Below, piece by piece: positions 29,616 to 38,253 of a stretch of DNA of 64,000 nucleotides. Position 1 is the first letter of the stretch; the number at the start of each line of letters is the position of its first letter. Position numbers and translations under genes: made by a program. Origin of the DNA: Clostridia bacterium (lineage in GTDB: Bacteria > Bacillota > Clostridia > Christensenellales > CAG-138); assembly GCA_017435905.1 (NCBI GenBank), contig JAFSEB010000071.1:8-64007 (forward strand), given 5' to 3'. The notes below the pieces were generated by a model. The model was not told where the DNA came from. It saw only the letters and a list, made by a program, of their open reading frames with translations, and ran no database searches.

Positions 29616-30985
29616 CATGCGCCCACATCCTCCGGCAGGGAAAGAATGGGCCCCACATGGGTAATGCCGGAAATGGAGCGGTATTTATCCTTTGTGACCT
29701 GCTCCCGGCGAAGGAAATTCCCTTCCGCATCGTAGTATTCCTTATAGGTAACGGAGATGCTGCCGCGGCGTGGTTCACGCATCACCTGCTGCTCTCCCGG
29801 TTTGAGCAAATCATCCGTCACATATTCCACTTCCGGCTCCGGCAGTGTCTCCAGCTTTTTGGATGTGACCCGGATGGAAATGCCGTCCGGCAGCGGACGC
29901 CCGTAAATTGAAACGGAAACGGTCTTCTTTTCCCTGTCAACTGCCGCACAAACGGTAACGGGCGCCCCGCTGCTGTTTACAAAACGGAAATTCGGGCCGC
30001 CGGTGCTGATGGTGGCATCCCGACCGATGTCGATATAGCCAAGAGGCCATGAATGGTGCACACGCTCCGTCACCGAAAGATCCGCCATCAGCACGGTATT
30101 GTAAAGCGTGCTCGACACCTGGCAGACGCCGCCGCCGTATTCCTGCACATACACCGCATCCCGAATGCCGGTGGCTTCCTTCCAGCCGTTTTCACCCGTA
30201 CGGGGACCGAGAAGCGCATTCATGTCAAATTCCTCACCGCTCTGCAGCATGACGCCGTTGATCAGCGATGCTGCTTTTTCAATGTTGAACACACGCCCCT
30301 CCTTACCGTAGGTCTTCCCTGAAAAGGACGTAGAAAAGCTCGCAACAAGGGCCGTATCCGCCTTTGCATCCGCAAGCGTATACTCTGCTGGCACAGCATC
30401 AAAGGGCACATCAAGGCGCTCTTGCGCACCGTTTCGGAGGCTCTGCGCAAGAAGCGGTGCAATGGTTTGCGGCGAAACGCTCTGCCCGGGCTGATCCGCC
30501 GTATACACAAAAACGTTTTTTGTTTTGTCGTAGGCTGCAGCAGCGTTTTGCGGCGCAAAGGAAAGCGCCTCTGCGATCCTCTCCGCCTCCTTTGCAAGCA
30601 CATGTTCATCGATGAAAAAGCTGCTTTCGATGCTCCTTGGTGCATTGGCGGCAGGATAATATGCGCTGAGGGAAAGCGCCTGCAGCAGCGCCTCATCCAC
30701 ATCATAACCTGCGCCGAGGTCTGCCGCATTGCAGTTTACCTGTTTTTCCCCCGCCGCAACGGTGAAGCACACCGCCTGCAGCTGCTCCTGCCTTACGGAA
30801 AGCAGCCTTTTCCTCGCTTCCGCCACAGCCATGCCGGAAACGGGGATGCCGTCGATCACGATGTTTTCTCCAAGCACAGCCCCTGCACGGACAGCTTCCG
30901 CTACATCCGCATGCTCCTGCCTTTGACACCCCGAAAACAGCGCCGCACACAGTAAAAAGACCAGTATCCATCTCCTCTTGTTCAT
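29615..30985 (-). CDS. VanW family lipoprotein
   Basis: Lipobox FSGC; GGGVCQVSSTLYN, ERVHHSWPLGYI..GRDAT. Confidence 0.88.
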   Translation of the reverse strand: MNKRRWILVFLLCAALFSGCQRQEHADVAEAVRAGAVLGENIVIDGIPVSGMAVAEARKRLLSVRQEQLQAVCFTVAAGEKQVNCNAADLGAGYDVDEALLQALSLSAYYPAANAPRSIESSFFIDEHVLAKEAERIAEALSFAPQNAAAAYDKTKNVFVYTADQPGQSVSPQTIAPLLAQSLRNGAQERLDVPFDAVPAEYTLADAKADTALVASFSTSFSGKTYGKEGRVFNIEKAASLINGVMLQSGEEFDMNALLGPRTGENGWKEATGIRDAVYVQEYGGGVCQVSSTLYNTVLMADLSVTERVHHSWPLGYIDIGRDATISTGGPNFRFVNSSGAPVTVCAAVDREKKTVSVSIYGRPLPDGISIRVTSKKLETLPEPEVEYVTDDLLKPGEQQVMREPRRGSISVTYKEYYDAEGNFLRREQVTKDKYRSISGITHVGPILSLPEDVGA

Positions 30986-31130
30986 CCATCCGTTTCCTTT
31001 CCTGCGATCCTGCTGCCGTTTTCCGCATATGTCCGGTCAATAAGCAGCGCTGCCTTTAGCATGCCGCAGTTTCTCATTTGCATCCATTCCATTTTCAGAT
31101 TTGTATCTCTGTTTTTTCTTAAAAAATGAA

Positions 31131-31182
31131 ATGCATGTATACATGCATAAATCTTGCATTTTTCTACGGTTTATTCTAAAAT
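31131..31182 (+). promoter_or_regulatory. Perfect 18-bp palindrome (putative GntR operator) plus sigma-A promoter
   Basis: atgcatgtatacatgcat at 31131-31148, then TTGCAT-17-TAAAAT at 31154-31182. Confidence 0.65.
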
Positions 31183-31208
31183 AATAGGATGAAACGGAGG
31201 AACTCCCT

Positions 31209-31865
31209 ATGTTTTTTGATTTGAATGACAAGCAGTCCCTGACAGCAAAGGTCTATTCCCACATTCGGGATGATATCATCGAAGGCCGTTACAGCACGGG
31301 CAGCTACCTTGTCGAAACAAAGCTTGCGGAAGAACTGGATGTCAGCCGCACACCGGTGCGTGAAGCCCTCAAGCAGCTTGAGCTTGAAGGCCTTGTGGTC
31401 TCCATCCCCAACCGGGGCATGATGGTGCAGGGCATGTCCAGCCACGATATTGACGATATTTTCACCGTGCGCCACCTGCTTGAAGGGCAGGCTGCCTATT
31501 GGGCTGCGGAACGCATTGATGAATCGAACCTTGCACGCCTCACCGAGATCGTTGAGCTGATGGAAATGTACACCCGTAAAAACGATGCTGCCAACCTTGC
31601 ACGCCTTGATACCGAATTTCACGAGGTGCTTTTCTCTGCCAGCGACAGCCGCATTCTCCGCCAGATCCTGACCACGCTTCACCAGAACTCCCGCCGTGCA
31701 AGGCGCACCTCCCTCACCGCACCGGAGCGCCCTTCCCATTCCCTTGCGGAGCACCGTGCCATTTTTGAAGCCATCGAGCGTCACGAGCCGGAGCTTGCCA
31801 AATCCCGTATGGAAGATCATGTCACCAACGCCCGAAGCAGGCGTGTGAACCCGGAACAGCAATAA
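31209..31865 (+). CDS. GntR family (FadR/FCD) transcriptional regulator
   Basis: ETKLAEELDVSRTPVREAL..LE.EGLV; FCD motifs D.EFH and EHRAI. Confidence 0.93.
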   Translation: MFFDLNDKQSLTAKVYSHIRDDIIEGRYSTGSYLVETKLAEELDVSRTPVREALKQLELEGLVVSIPNRGMMVQGMSSHDIDDIFTVRHLLEGQAAYWAAERIDESNLARLTEIVELMEMYTRKNDAANLARLDTEFHEVLFSASDSRILRQILTTLHQNSRRARRTSLTAPERPSHSLAEHRAIFEAIERHEPELAKSRMEDHVTNARSRRVNPEQQ

Positions 31866-31928
31866 ACAGCATACATTTCCCTTCGGCATGCCCGAAGGGT
31901 TTTGTTCTATCTTGCAAAGGAGATAACG

Positions 31929-33131
31929 ATGAACCGCATTGCATCCATCAAAGGCGAGATCCTCCCCACCGGCGGCCCGGGCATCTTTTTGAAAGGCCGT
32001 GCGGAGCAGCTTTGCGAAAGCCTTGCCGCCGAATACGAGGGCAAGGTGCAGCTCATCTACCTTGACCCGCCCTTCGGCACGGGCGATACGTTTTCCGTTA
32101 AGCTCAGCACGGGCAAAAAGAAGCTGACCCTGCCTGCTTACAGCGACAAGCTTTCCCGTGAGGAATACCTTGCCATGATGCGCACGGTGCTTACCGCCTG
32201 CCACAGGATGCTCAGCGACACGGGATCGCTCTATCTGCACATCGATTACCGCATGAGCCCCTACCTTCGCCTGATACTCGATGAAATATTCGGCGAAAAG
32301 AATTTCATGAACGAGATCATCTGGGCTTATAAATCCGGCGGACGCAGCACCAGGCACTTTTCCCGCAAGCACGATGTGATCCTGTTTTACCGCAAAACAA
32401 AGGCGGTGTATTTCGATATCACCGCCGTGGGCATTCCCCGGGGTCCGCAGAAGCGAAACAACATGAAGCGCACGGTGGATGAGCTTGGCCGTGTTTGCTT
32501 CTCCATCCGCAGCGGCGGCAAAACTTACACTTACTACGAAGACACCCCCATCTTCCCCAGCGATGTATGGGACGACATCGAGCACCTGCACCAGCGTGAC
32601 CCGGAACGGACCGGCTTCGGCACGCAAAAGCCGGAAGCGCTGTTAAAGCGCATCATCCTTTCCTCCTCAAAACCGGGCGACCTTGTGTGCGATCTTTTCT
32701 CCGGCAGCGGTACCACAGCCTCGGTAGCGGCAAAGCACGGACGCCGCTTCCTTGCTTTGGATGCCTCCCCCATCGCCATGCAGCTGCTGCGTGCACGGCA
32801 GCTGGTGGGACGCAGCGAACCCACCTTCTTTGACGGCAGCCATCAGCTTACCCTCCGCTACGGCGATGCGCCCCAAATTTGCGAAAACGCAAGCCTTCGC
32901 CTCACCGCACAGGAGGTCGGTCTTCGTGCTGTTTACGAAGGCAGCGAAAACGAGGATGCCGCATTCCTTGCCATCGGCACCGTTGGCGATGACGGCTTCT
33001 TCCGTCCCTTTACCTATTCCGTTTCCCCGAAGCCCGGCGCCGTGCTGACGCTGCCCGATACCGATGCGCAGCTTTATCTTGCCATTTCCGACTACGCAGG
33101 AAACGTATCCTACACGGCGCTTTGCCGCTGA
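31929..33131 (+). CDS. Orphan beta-class amino-DNA methyltransferase (m6A/m4C)
   Basis: LIYLDPPF (motif IV) before TQKPE..L and DLFSGSGTT (motif I); AAGGAG RBS; no adjacent endonuclease. Confidence 0.88.
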   Translation: MNRIASIKGEILPTGGPGIFLKGRAEQLCESLAAEYEGKVQLIYLDPPFGTGDTFSVKLSTGKKKLTLPAYSDKLSREEYLAMMRTVLTACHRMLSDTGSLYLHIDYRMSPYLRLILDEIFGEKNFMNEIIWAYKSGGRSTRHFSRKHDVILFYRKTKAVYFDITAVGIPRGPQKRNNMKRTVDELGRVCFSIRSGGKTYTYYEDTPIFPSDVWDDIEHLHQRDPERTGFGTQKPEALLKRIILSSSKPGDLVCDLFSGSGTTASVAAKHGRRFLALDASPIAMQLLRARQLVGRSEPTFFDGSHQLTLRYGDAPQICENASLRLTAQEVGLRAVYEGSENEDAAFLAIGTVGDDGFFRPFTYSVSPKPGAVLTLPDTDAQLYLAISDYAGNVSYTALCR

Positions 33132-33150
33132 TTTCCCCCTTGGAGGTACC

Positions 33151-33675
33151 ATGCGCACGGAACGCATCACCACGGCAGCACACCCCTTGTTCCCTGCCGC
33201 CATGTCCCTTTACAAAGAAAGCTTCCCCTTTCACGAACAGCGTGAACCTGCGTCGCAGCACACCATCATGCAGCATAAGGAATATCATTTTCTTGCGGTT
33301 TTCGATGATGCCGATGCATTTGTGGGGCTGATCCTTTGCTGGGAAACGGAAGAGTTTATCTATGTGGAGCATTTCTGCATCGGCAGCACGCTCCGAAACC
33401 AAGGTTTCGGCAGCCGTGCGCTGCAGCTGCTTCTTGAAACGGGCAAAACCGTGATCCTTGAGATCGATCCGCCCGTTGATGACATTTCACGGCGCAGAAA
33501 AGGATTTTACGAACGCTGCGGCTTTGCGGCGAATCCCTATCCGCATATCCATCCGCCATATCATCAAGATCATTCGGGGCATGCCCTTGTGGTGATGTCC
33601 GCACCGAACCCCATTACCGAAGAAGCATACAAACGCTTTTCCGCATACCTGCAGGAAACCGTGATGGGAAACTGA
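33151..33675 (+). CDS. GNAT family N-acetyltransferase
   Basis: SFP..EQRE, LRNQGFGS, ILEIDPP, RRKGFYERCGF; GGAGG RBS. Confidence 0.88.
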   Translation: MRTERITTAAHPLFPAAMSLYKESFPFHEQREPASQHTIMQHKEYHFLAVFDDADAFVGLILCWETEEFIYVEHFCIGSTLRNQGFGSRALQLLLETGKTVILEIDPPVDDISRRRKGFYERCGFAANPYPHIHPPYHQDHSGHALVVMSAPNPITEEAYKRFSAYLQETVMGN

Positions 33676-33690
33676 AAATACTGAGAGAGC

Positions 33691-33731
33691 AACAGAAAGG
33701 CAGAGCAATAATTGCTCTGCCTTTCTGTTTT
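33691..33731. terminator. Bidirectional terminator
   Basis: aacagaaaggcagagcaa-taa-ttgctctgcctttctgtt. Confidence 0.85.
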
Positions 33732-35907
33732 ATCCTTTTCGCCTTTTGAAGCAAAATGCAAATACGATGCCGCCCGCCAATACGGCAATGGAGATGCCAA
33801 GCATCAAAGCGGATGATGTGCCTCCGCCCGAAACTGCCTCCGCCCGCAGGAAGCTTCCCTCCCCTGTTTCCATATTGGGAACGGGCATTTGCGGCATGCC
33901 ACCGTTTTGCTCCGTTTGCGCAGGAAGCTCGCCTGCAAAGGGCGCCGTAAAGCCGTTCGTCCCTTCAGGCGGAACATTGCCCGGCATCATACCGCCCGGA
34001 AATCCGCCCGGCATTGCGGCACCGCCCGGCAGCACCAAACCTTCCGGTGCGGTCGGAATATCGGGCACGGTCATACTGCCGGAAAAAGGCATTTCGTTTT
34101 CCGCAGCATCGGGCGCTGCAGCAAAGCCGCCTTTTCCGCCGCCCATGCCGTTCCCCATGGTGCCCAAGTCGGAAAGGTCAAGGCTTCCAATATCGATCAG
34201 CGTGCTGCTGTCTGCCGCCTGCCCTTCCGCCGTTGAGGGAATGGTACCCTGAAGCTGCCCCTTCACGCTTTCTGCCCGGAGAAGGCAGAATGCTTTGATC
34301 GCAGCAACGCCTGCTTCAAATTCTTCATATGTGCAGAATTTGGTGGGATCCTTTTCCACATAGGGTGCGATCAGCGTGCTGACTGAATCCACGGTCTGCG
34401 CAAAAACGCCGCTGTCGAACACATCGCAGATGAACTGCGAAAGATATTCATGATAAAGTGCGGTATACGCTTCCGTTTCAAAGATCCACGATACCATGGG
34501 GCGGTCTTCCATGCTGCCGCCCGAAACGGGAGAATCGATGGGATCGTTGACCGCATCTGCCGCACGGTTTCCTTGAAATGTACCGAAGGCAAGGTTGTAA
34601 TTCCAGGGAATCATGGAAAGTACGCCGTCTTTTTCGTACAGATAATAGTTATGGATCATACTGCCGGTGTAGCTGTCCCCGTTCACCACAAAGTTATGCA
34701 CCGCAAAATAGCGCAGCACCGCCTCCACATCCACGGCATCCGCCTTGTTTTCGCCGCTGCCGAGGGTCTTCAGCGCACCGATCAGCCGGGCTTTATCCGC
34801 ATCGGTGATATCGGTTTTGGCGTTGTCAAAAATGTTGCTGTAGCTTTGGGGATCATCATCGATATACTGCAGCTTGACATCGCTTGATCCCATACCGCCC
34901 ATGCCGCCTCTGCCGCCCTGCATGGAGGGCATTGCTGCGGCATTGCTTTGTGCTGCAGCTTTCATCAGGCTTTCCCAATCGATGCCTTCAAGCTGCTCCG
35001 CCAGCTGCCGCAGCGTTTCTGCGGTCATGTTTTCAAAATCGATACCGTCAAGAACGGAAGGATCGATCCCCTGCGCTTCAAGGGCTTCACAGAGCGCCTC
35101 TTCATCGATGGCAAAGGCAACTTCGCCCCTGCTTCCACGTCCGCCAAAGCCGCCTTTTTCGCCGAAGGGCATCTGCCCCGGCATTTGCACAGCACCGGAT
35201 GCCTCATCCTGCACGGCTTCGCCGTCCTGATTTTCCGCAGCAAAATCATCCATGTTGAAGTTTTTGCCGTTGCCTCTGCCGCCGCCGAAGCTCATGCTGT
35301 CGGGCTTATAAAGCTCGCCGTGATCATTGCCGTAGTTGCGCTGCAAAAACGCATCCTCTACGCCTTCAAGGGCAAGATACAGCCCCCAATCCGCCCCGTT
35401 TACGGTAATATAGGCAAAGCTTGCAAGCGGCGCTGCAGCACCTGCAAGGCGCATCATTTCATACACAAGGTAATCCTTGAGAAAGGAATTATCCTGAATG
35501 AGGTTGTTGAGGCTGAGCTTATCAAGCCCGTGGTAGCTTTTTGTGCTGTCGTATTGGTCAAATTCCACCTTAAAGCTGTAGCGGTCGCTGTTCATGGAGG
35601 ATACATTTGAAAGGGACGTATTTCCCTTTGCCCGGATGCCGATATTCTCGTAGGCTTCCCCATCTATCACCATGCTGCAAAGGGCATATTCTTCGTTTTC
35701 GCAGCTTTCGATAAAGCTGTCCCAGTCCTCCATCACGATATCCACGGTATGCACCCGGGTGGTGTCGAACAGGCGGTTTTCGTAGCCCATCACCCTTTCT
35801 GTGGGGATGATGCCAAGCCATGCGCCGTTCATAAAAAGTACCGTGAGCAAAAGGGAAAGCGCCGCCGCAATACTGCAGATCTTATCGATATGCTTGTGCG
35901 CTGCCAT
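33730..35907 (-). CDS. CotH kinase family protein with N- and C-terminal membrane segments
   Basis: GIRAKGNTSL, RYSFK.EFD, GLY..LE, LYKP, HNYYLYE, IPWNYNLAFG; Gly/Met/Pro-rich linkers. Confidence 0.9.
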   Translation of the reverse strand: MAAHKHIDKICSIAAALSLLLTVLFMNGAWLGIIPTERVMGYENRLFDTTRVHTVDIVMEDWDSFIESCENEEYALCSMVIDGEAYENIGIRAKGNTSLSNVSSMNSDRYSFKVEFDQYDSTKSYHGLDKLSLNNLIQDNSFLKDYLVYEMMRLAGAAAPLASFAYITVNGADWGLYLALEGVEDAFLQRNYGNDHGELYKPDSMSFGGGRGNGKNFNMDDFAAENQDGEAVQDEASGAVQMPGQMPFGEKGGFGGRGSRGEVAFAIDEEALCEALEAQGIDPSVLDGIDFENMTAETLRQLAEQLEGIDWESLMKAAAQSNAAAMPSMQGGRGGMGGMGSSDVKLQYIDDDPQSYSNIFDNAKTDITDADKARLIGALKTLGSGENKADAVDVEAVLRYFAVHNFVVNGDSYTGSMIHNYYLYEKDGVLSMIPWNYNLAFGTFQGNRAADAVNDPIDSPVSGGSMEDRPMVSWIFETEAYTALYHEYLSQFICDVFDSGVFAQTVDSVSTLIAPYVEKDPTKFCTYEEFEAGVAAIKAFCLLRAESVKGQLQGTIPSTAEGQAADSSTLIDIGSLDLSDLGTMGNGMGGGKGGFAAAPDAAENEMPFSGSMTVPDIPTAPEGLVLPGGAAMPGGFPGGMMPGNVPPEGTNGFTAPFAGELPAQTEQNGGMPQMPVPNMETGEGSFLRAEAVSGGGTSSALMLGISIAVLAGGIVFAFCFKRRKG

Positions 35908-35914
35908 CGTCTTC

Positions 35915-36589
35915 TCAGCCCATGTACTCGCCGTTGTAACTGACAAGCACCGCACTCACCACGCCCGGGATATCGCTGAGTGCATTGATGAAGTCCGTGT
36001 TTTCGCTTTTCAGGCGCACTTCAAGGTTCAGCTCCACGCTGCCCTTTTCCGCAGTTTTGCTTTTCACGGCGCAGCGGGTCACATGCTGCCTTAAAAGCTG
36101 CTGGGCTGCAAGCTCGCTTTCATGACCGCTGCAGCGAAGCACGATAATATTGGGATTCACATGGGGTTTTCTGTTGACGAACACAAGAAGGATCATGCCG
36201 ATCACAACGCTGCCGATGACCGCAAGGGGGATCATGCCTGCCGCGAGCACGATGCCGACAGCGATCGCCCAGAAAAGGAAGGCGATATCAAGCGGCTCCT
36301 TGATGGCGGTGCGGAAGCGCACGATGGAAAGCGCACCCACCATACCGAGTGACAGCACCACGTTGCTTGTAACGGCAAGGATGACAACGGTAGTGATCAT
36401 CGTAAGCGCCACAAGGGTAACGCCAAAGCTCGAAGAATACATGACACCGGAATAGGTCTTCCTGTAGACAAGAAAGATGAACATGCCGATGCCGAAAGCA
36501 AGGATCAGCGCAAGTGCCATATCAAGGATGCTGACGCTTGCTGCGTTTTCAAGAAAAGAGGATTTGAAGATATCGCTGAAATTTGTCAT
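35915..36589 (-). CDS. DUF4956 membrane protein
   Basis: LSLGMVGALSIVRFRTAIKEPLD signature. Confidence 0.9.
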   Translation of the reverse strand: MTNFSDIFKSSFLENAASVSILDMALALILAFGIGMFIFLVYRKTYSGVMYSSSFGVTLVALTMITTVVILAVTSNVVLSLGMVGALSIVRFRTAIKEPLDIAFLFWAIAVGIVLAAGMIPLAVIGSVVIGMILLVFVNRKPHVNPNIIVLRCSGHESELAAQQLLRQHVTRCAVKSKTAEKGSVELNLEVRLKSENTDFINALSDIPGVVSAVLVSYNGEYMG

Positions 36590-36613
36590 GGTGGTATACT
36601 CCTTTTGTCAGAT

Positions 36614-37291
36614 TCAATGGATCGTTCGGCCATAAATACGGCAGGCTGCATATTTGGAAAACGGGCCGCTGCGGCAGGATTCAAGCTGCACCGCATCACG
36701 GATGATATCGGGAAGATAGGCATCCCATTTCACTTCAAGAATGATGGGATCGCCGGGCACGGGCACGGTGAGCGGCTCCTCAGCAAGAAAGTCCGTTCCG
36801 GAAAGCCCTGTGCGGATGCTGCGGTCAATGGTCACACGCACGTTGCCCGGTGCGAACACATAGGGTTCACGGACGTATTCCACAATGGTTTTGGGCATTA
36901 GCCCTTCTGCCGTCATCCTTGCATAGAATTCACGGATAAGCGGATCTTCTTTTTCACGCATGAAGGCGCTATCCCCTGCAAGAAGGGCGGAAACCTCCGC
37001 TGCTGTGAGCGGTGCGCTCTCCTTGCCGCAAAGCCCTCCCGCTTTGATCTTCTTTTCAAGGCGGATACGGGAAAAATCGCCGTTATAGCAGCGGATGCGG
37101 AATTTGATCCTGCGGCTCACACCGTCCGCCTTTTCCCGAAGTGCTTTATCCGTCAGTGTATCAAAATACAGGCTGCGGATGCGGTATTGCCCATCCTTCG
37201 CATGGGTGTCCGGCCGTGCCACCGCCTTCAGGCGGCTTCTGAGGGCAAGCATATCCGCATAGGTGATCTCATGCTTCCATTCGTGTCGCAA
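36614..37291 (-). CDS. VTC / polyphosphate polymerase domain protein
   Basis: RHEWKH, YRIRSLYFD, KFRIRCY, LEKK.K, VRVTID, ILEVK, SKY; AAAGGAG RBS favours TTG 37291. Confidence 0.9.
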   Translation of the reverse strand: MRHEWKHEITYADMLALRSRLKAVARPDTHAKDGQYRIRSLYFDTLTDKALREKADGVSRRIKFRIRCYNGDFSRIRLEKKIKAGGLCGKESAPLTAAEVSALLAGDSAFMREKEDPLIREFYARMTAEGLMPKTIVEYVREPYVFAPGNVRVTIDRSIRTGLSGTDFLAEEPLTVPVPGDPIILEVKWDAYLPDIIRDAVQLESCRSGPFSKYAACRIYGRTIH

Positions 37292-37362
37292 TCCTGTTTT
37301 GCTCCTTTCCTGTCTCATAGGGCATGCTTTCTTTGGGGGCAGCAGCCTCTCTTCTGCTTCAT

Positions 37363-37394
37363 AGGATAAACTTCGGTGCTGAAGGGATGCTGAA
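37363..37394 (-). promoter_or_regulatory. OmpR-type direct-repeat box plus -10 for the VTC operon
   Basis: TTCAGC-N5-TTCAGC then 9 nt then TATCCT on minus strand. Confidence 0.7.
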
Positions 37395-37486
37395 AAAAGC
37401 CGCGGCAAGTTTGTAAAAGAAATGTGGCACAATGCCTTATTTCCCTCGGTTTTTGTCATGTTATGCCGCATATCGCACCACGGGTT

Positions 37487-37519
37487 TTTCAGCTTTGTTT
37501 CAGCATGCGGAGATATGAT
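37487..37519 (+). promoter_or_regulatory. OmpR-type direct-repeat box plus -10 for the two-component operon
   Basis: TTCAGC-N5-TTCAGC then 9 nt then TATGAT on plus strand. Confidence 0.7.
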
Positions 37520-37575
37520 AGACTAAAGAAAGTTCCGCATGGAGCGCTGCCTCCCGGTAAAAGAAAGGTGAAAAC

Positions 37576-38253
37576 ATGAAGATACTGATCGTGGAAGACG
37601 AAAAGCTTCTGGCCGATTCCCTGAAAACACTGCTGAAAAAAAAGGGATTTGAGGCTGAGACTGCCTATGACGGCGAAACCGGCCGTGAATATGCGCTGCT
37701 CGGCATTTACGATCTTCTGATACTTGATGTGATGATGCCCGGTCTTGACGGGTTTGAGCTGACACGGGAAGTGCGTGCCCACCGCTGCAATACGCCGATC
37801 CTGATGCTCACCGCACGCAGCGCCGTGGAGGACAGGATCCGTGGGCTGAATGCAGGTGCGGATTATTACCTGACCAAGCCCTTTGATGCAAGGGAGCTTC
37901 TTGCCTGTATCAATGCGCTGCTGCGGAGGCAGGGCAGCGAACTCAACACCCTTTCCTACGGAAACACATCCCTTGACCTTGACAGCTGCACCCTTTCTGC
38001 AAGCGGGAACAGCGTGCGCCTGAGCGCAAGGGAATTCGACGTAATGCGCCTGCTGCTGCAATCGCAGGAGCGGATCCTTTCCAAGGAAACCATCCTTGCA
38101 AGGGTATGGGGCTATGAGTCCAACGCCGTTGAAAACCATGTAGAGGTCTATGTGGGCTTCCTGCGCAAAAAGCTGCAGAGCATCAAATCCGATATCCGCA
38201 TTGAAGCGGTGCGGCGGCTCGGCTACCGGCTGGAGGTGAAAGATCCTTGCTGA
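37576..38253 (+). CDS. OmpR/PhoB family response regulator
   Basis: VEDE, ILDVMMP, MLTA, GADYYLTKPF, winged-helix C-terminus. Confidence 0.95.
   Translation: MKILIVEDEKLLADSLKTLLKKKGFEAETAYDGETGREYALLGIYDLLILDVMMPGLDGFELTREVRAHRCNTPILMLTARSAVEDRIRGLNAGADYYLTKPFDARELLACINALLRRQGSELNTLSYGNTSLDLDSCTLSASGNSVRLSAREFDVMRLLLQSQERILSKETILARVWGYESNAVENHVEVYVGFLRKKLQSIKSDIRIEAVRRLGYRLEVKDPC

Noticed and set aside
26730-30985. Vancomycin resistance cluster
   Set aside because: No vanH/A/B/X ligase genes nearby; VanW domains are common in Clostridia outside van operons.
31929-33131. Type III R-M system or phase-variable mod gene
   Set aside because: No res gene is adjacent and no simple-sequence repeat tract is visible in the ORF.
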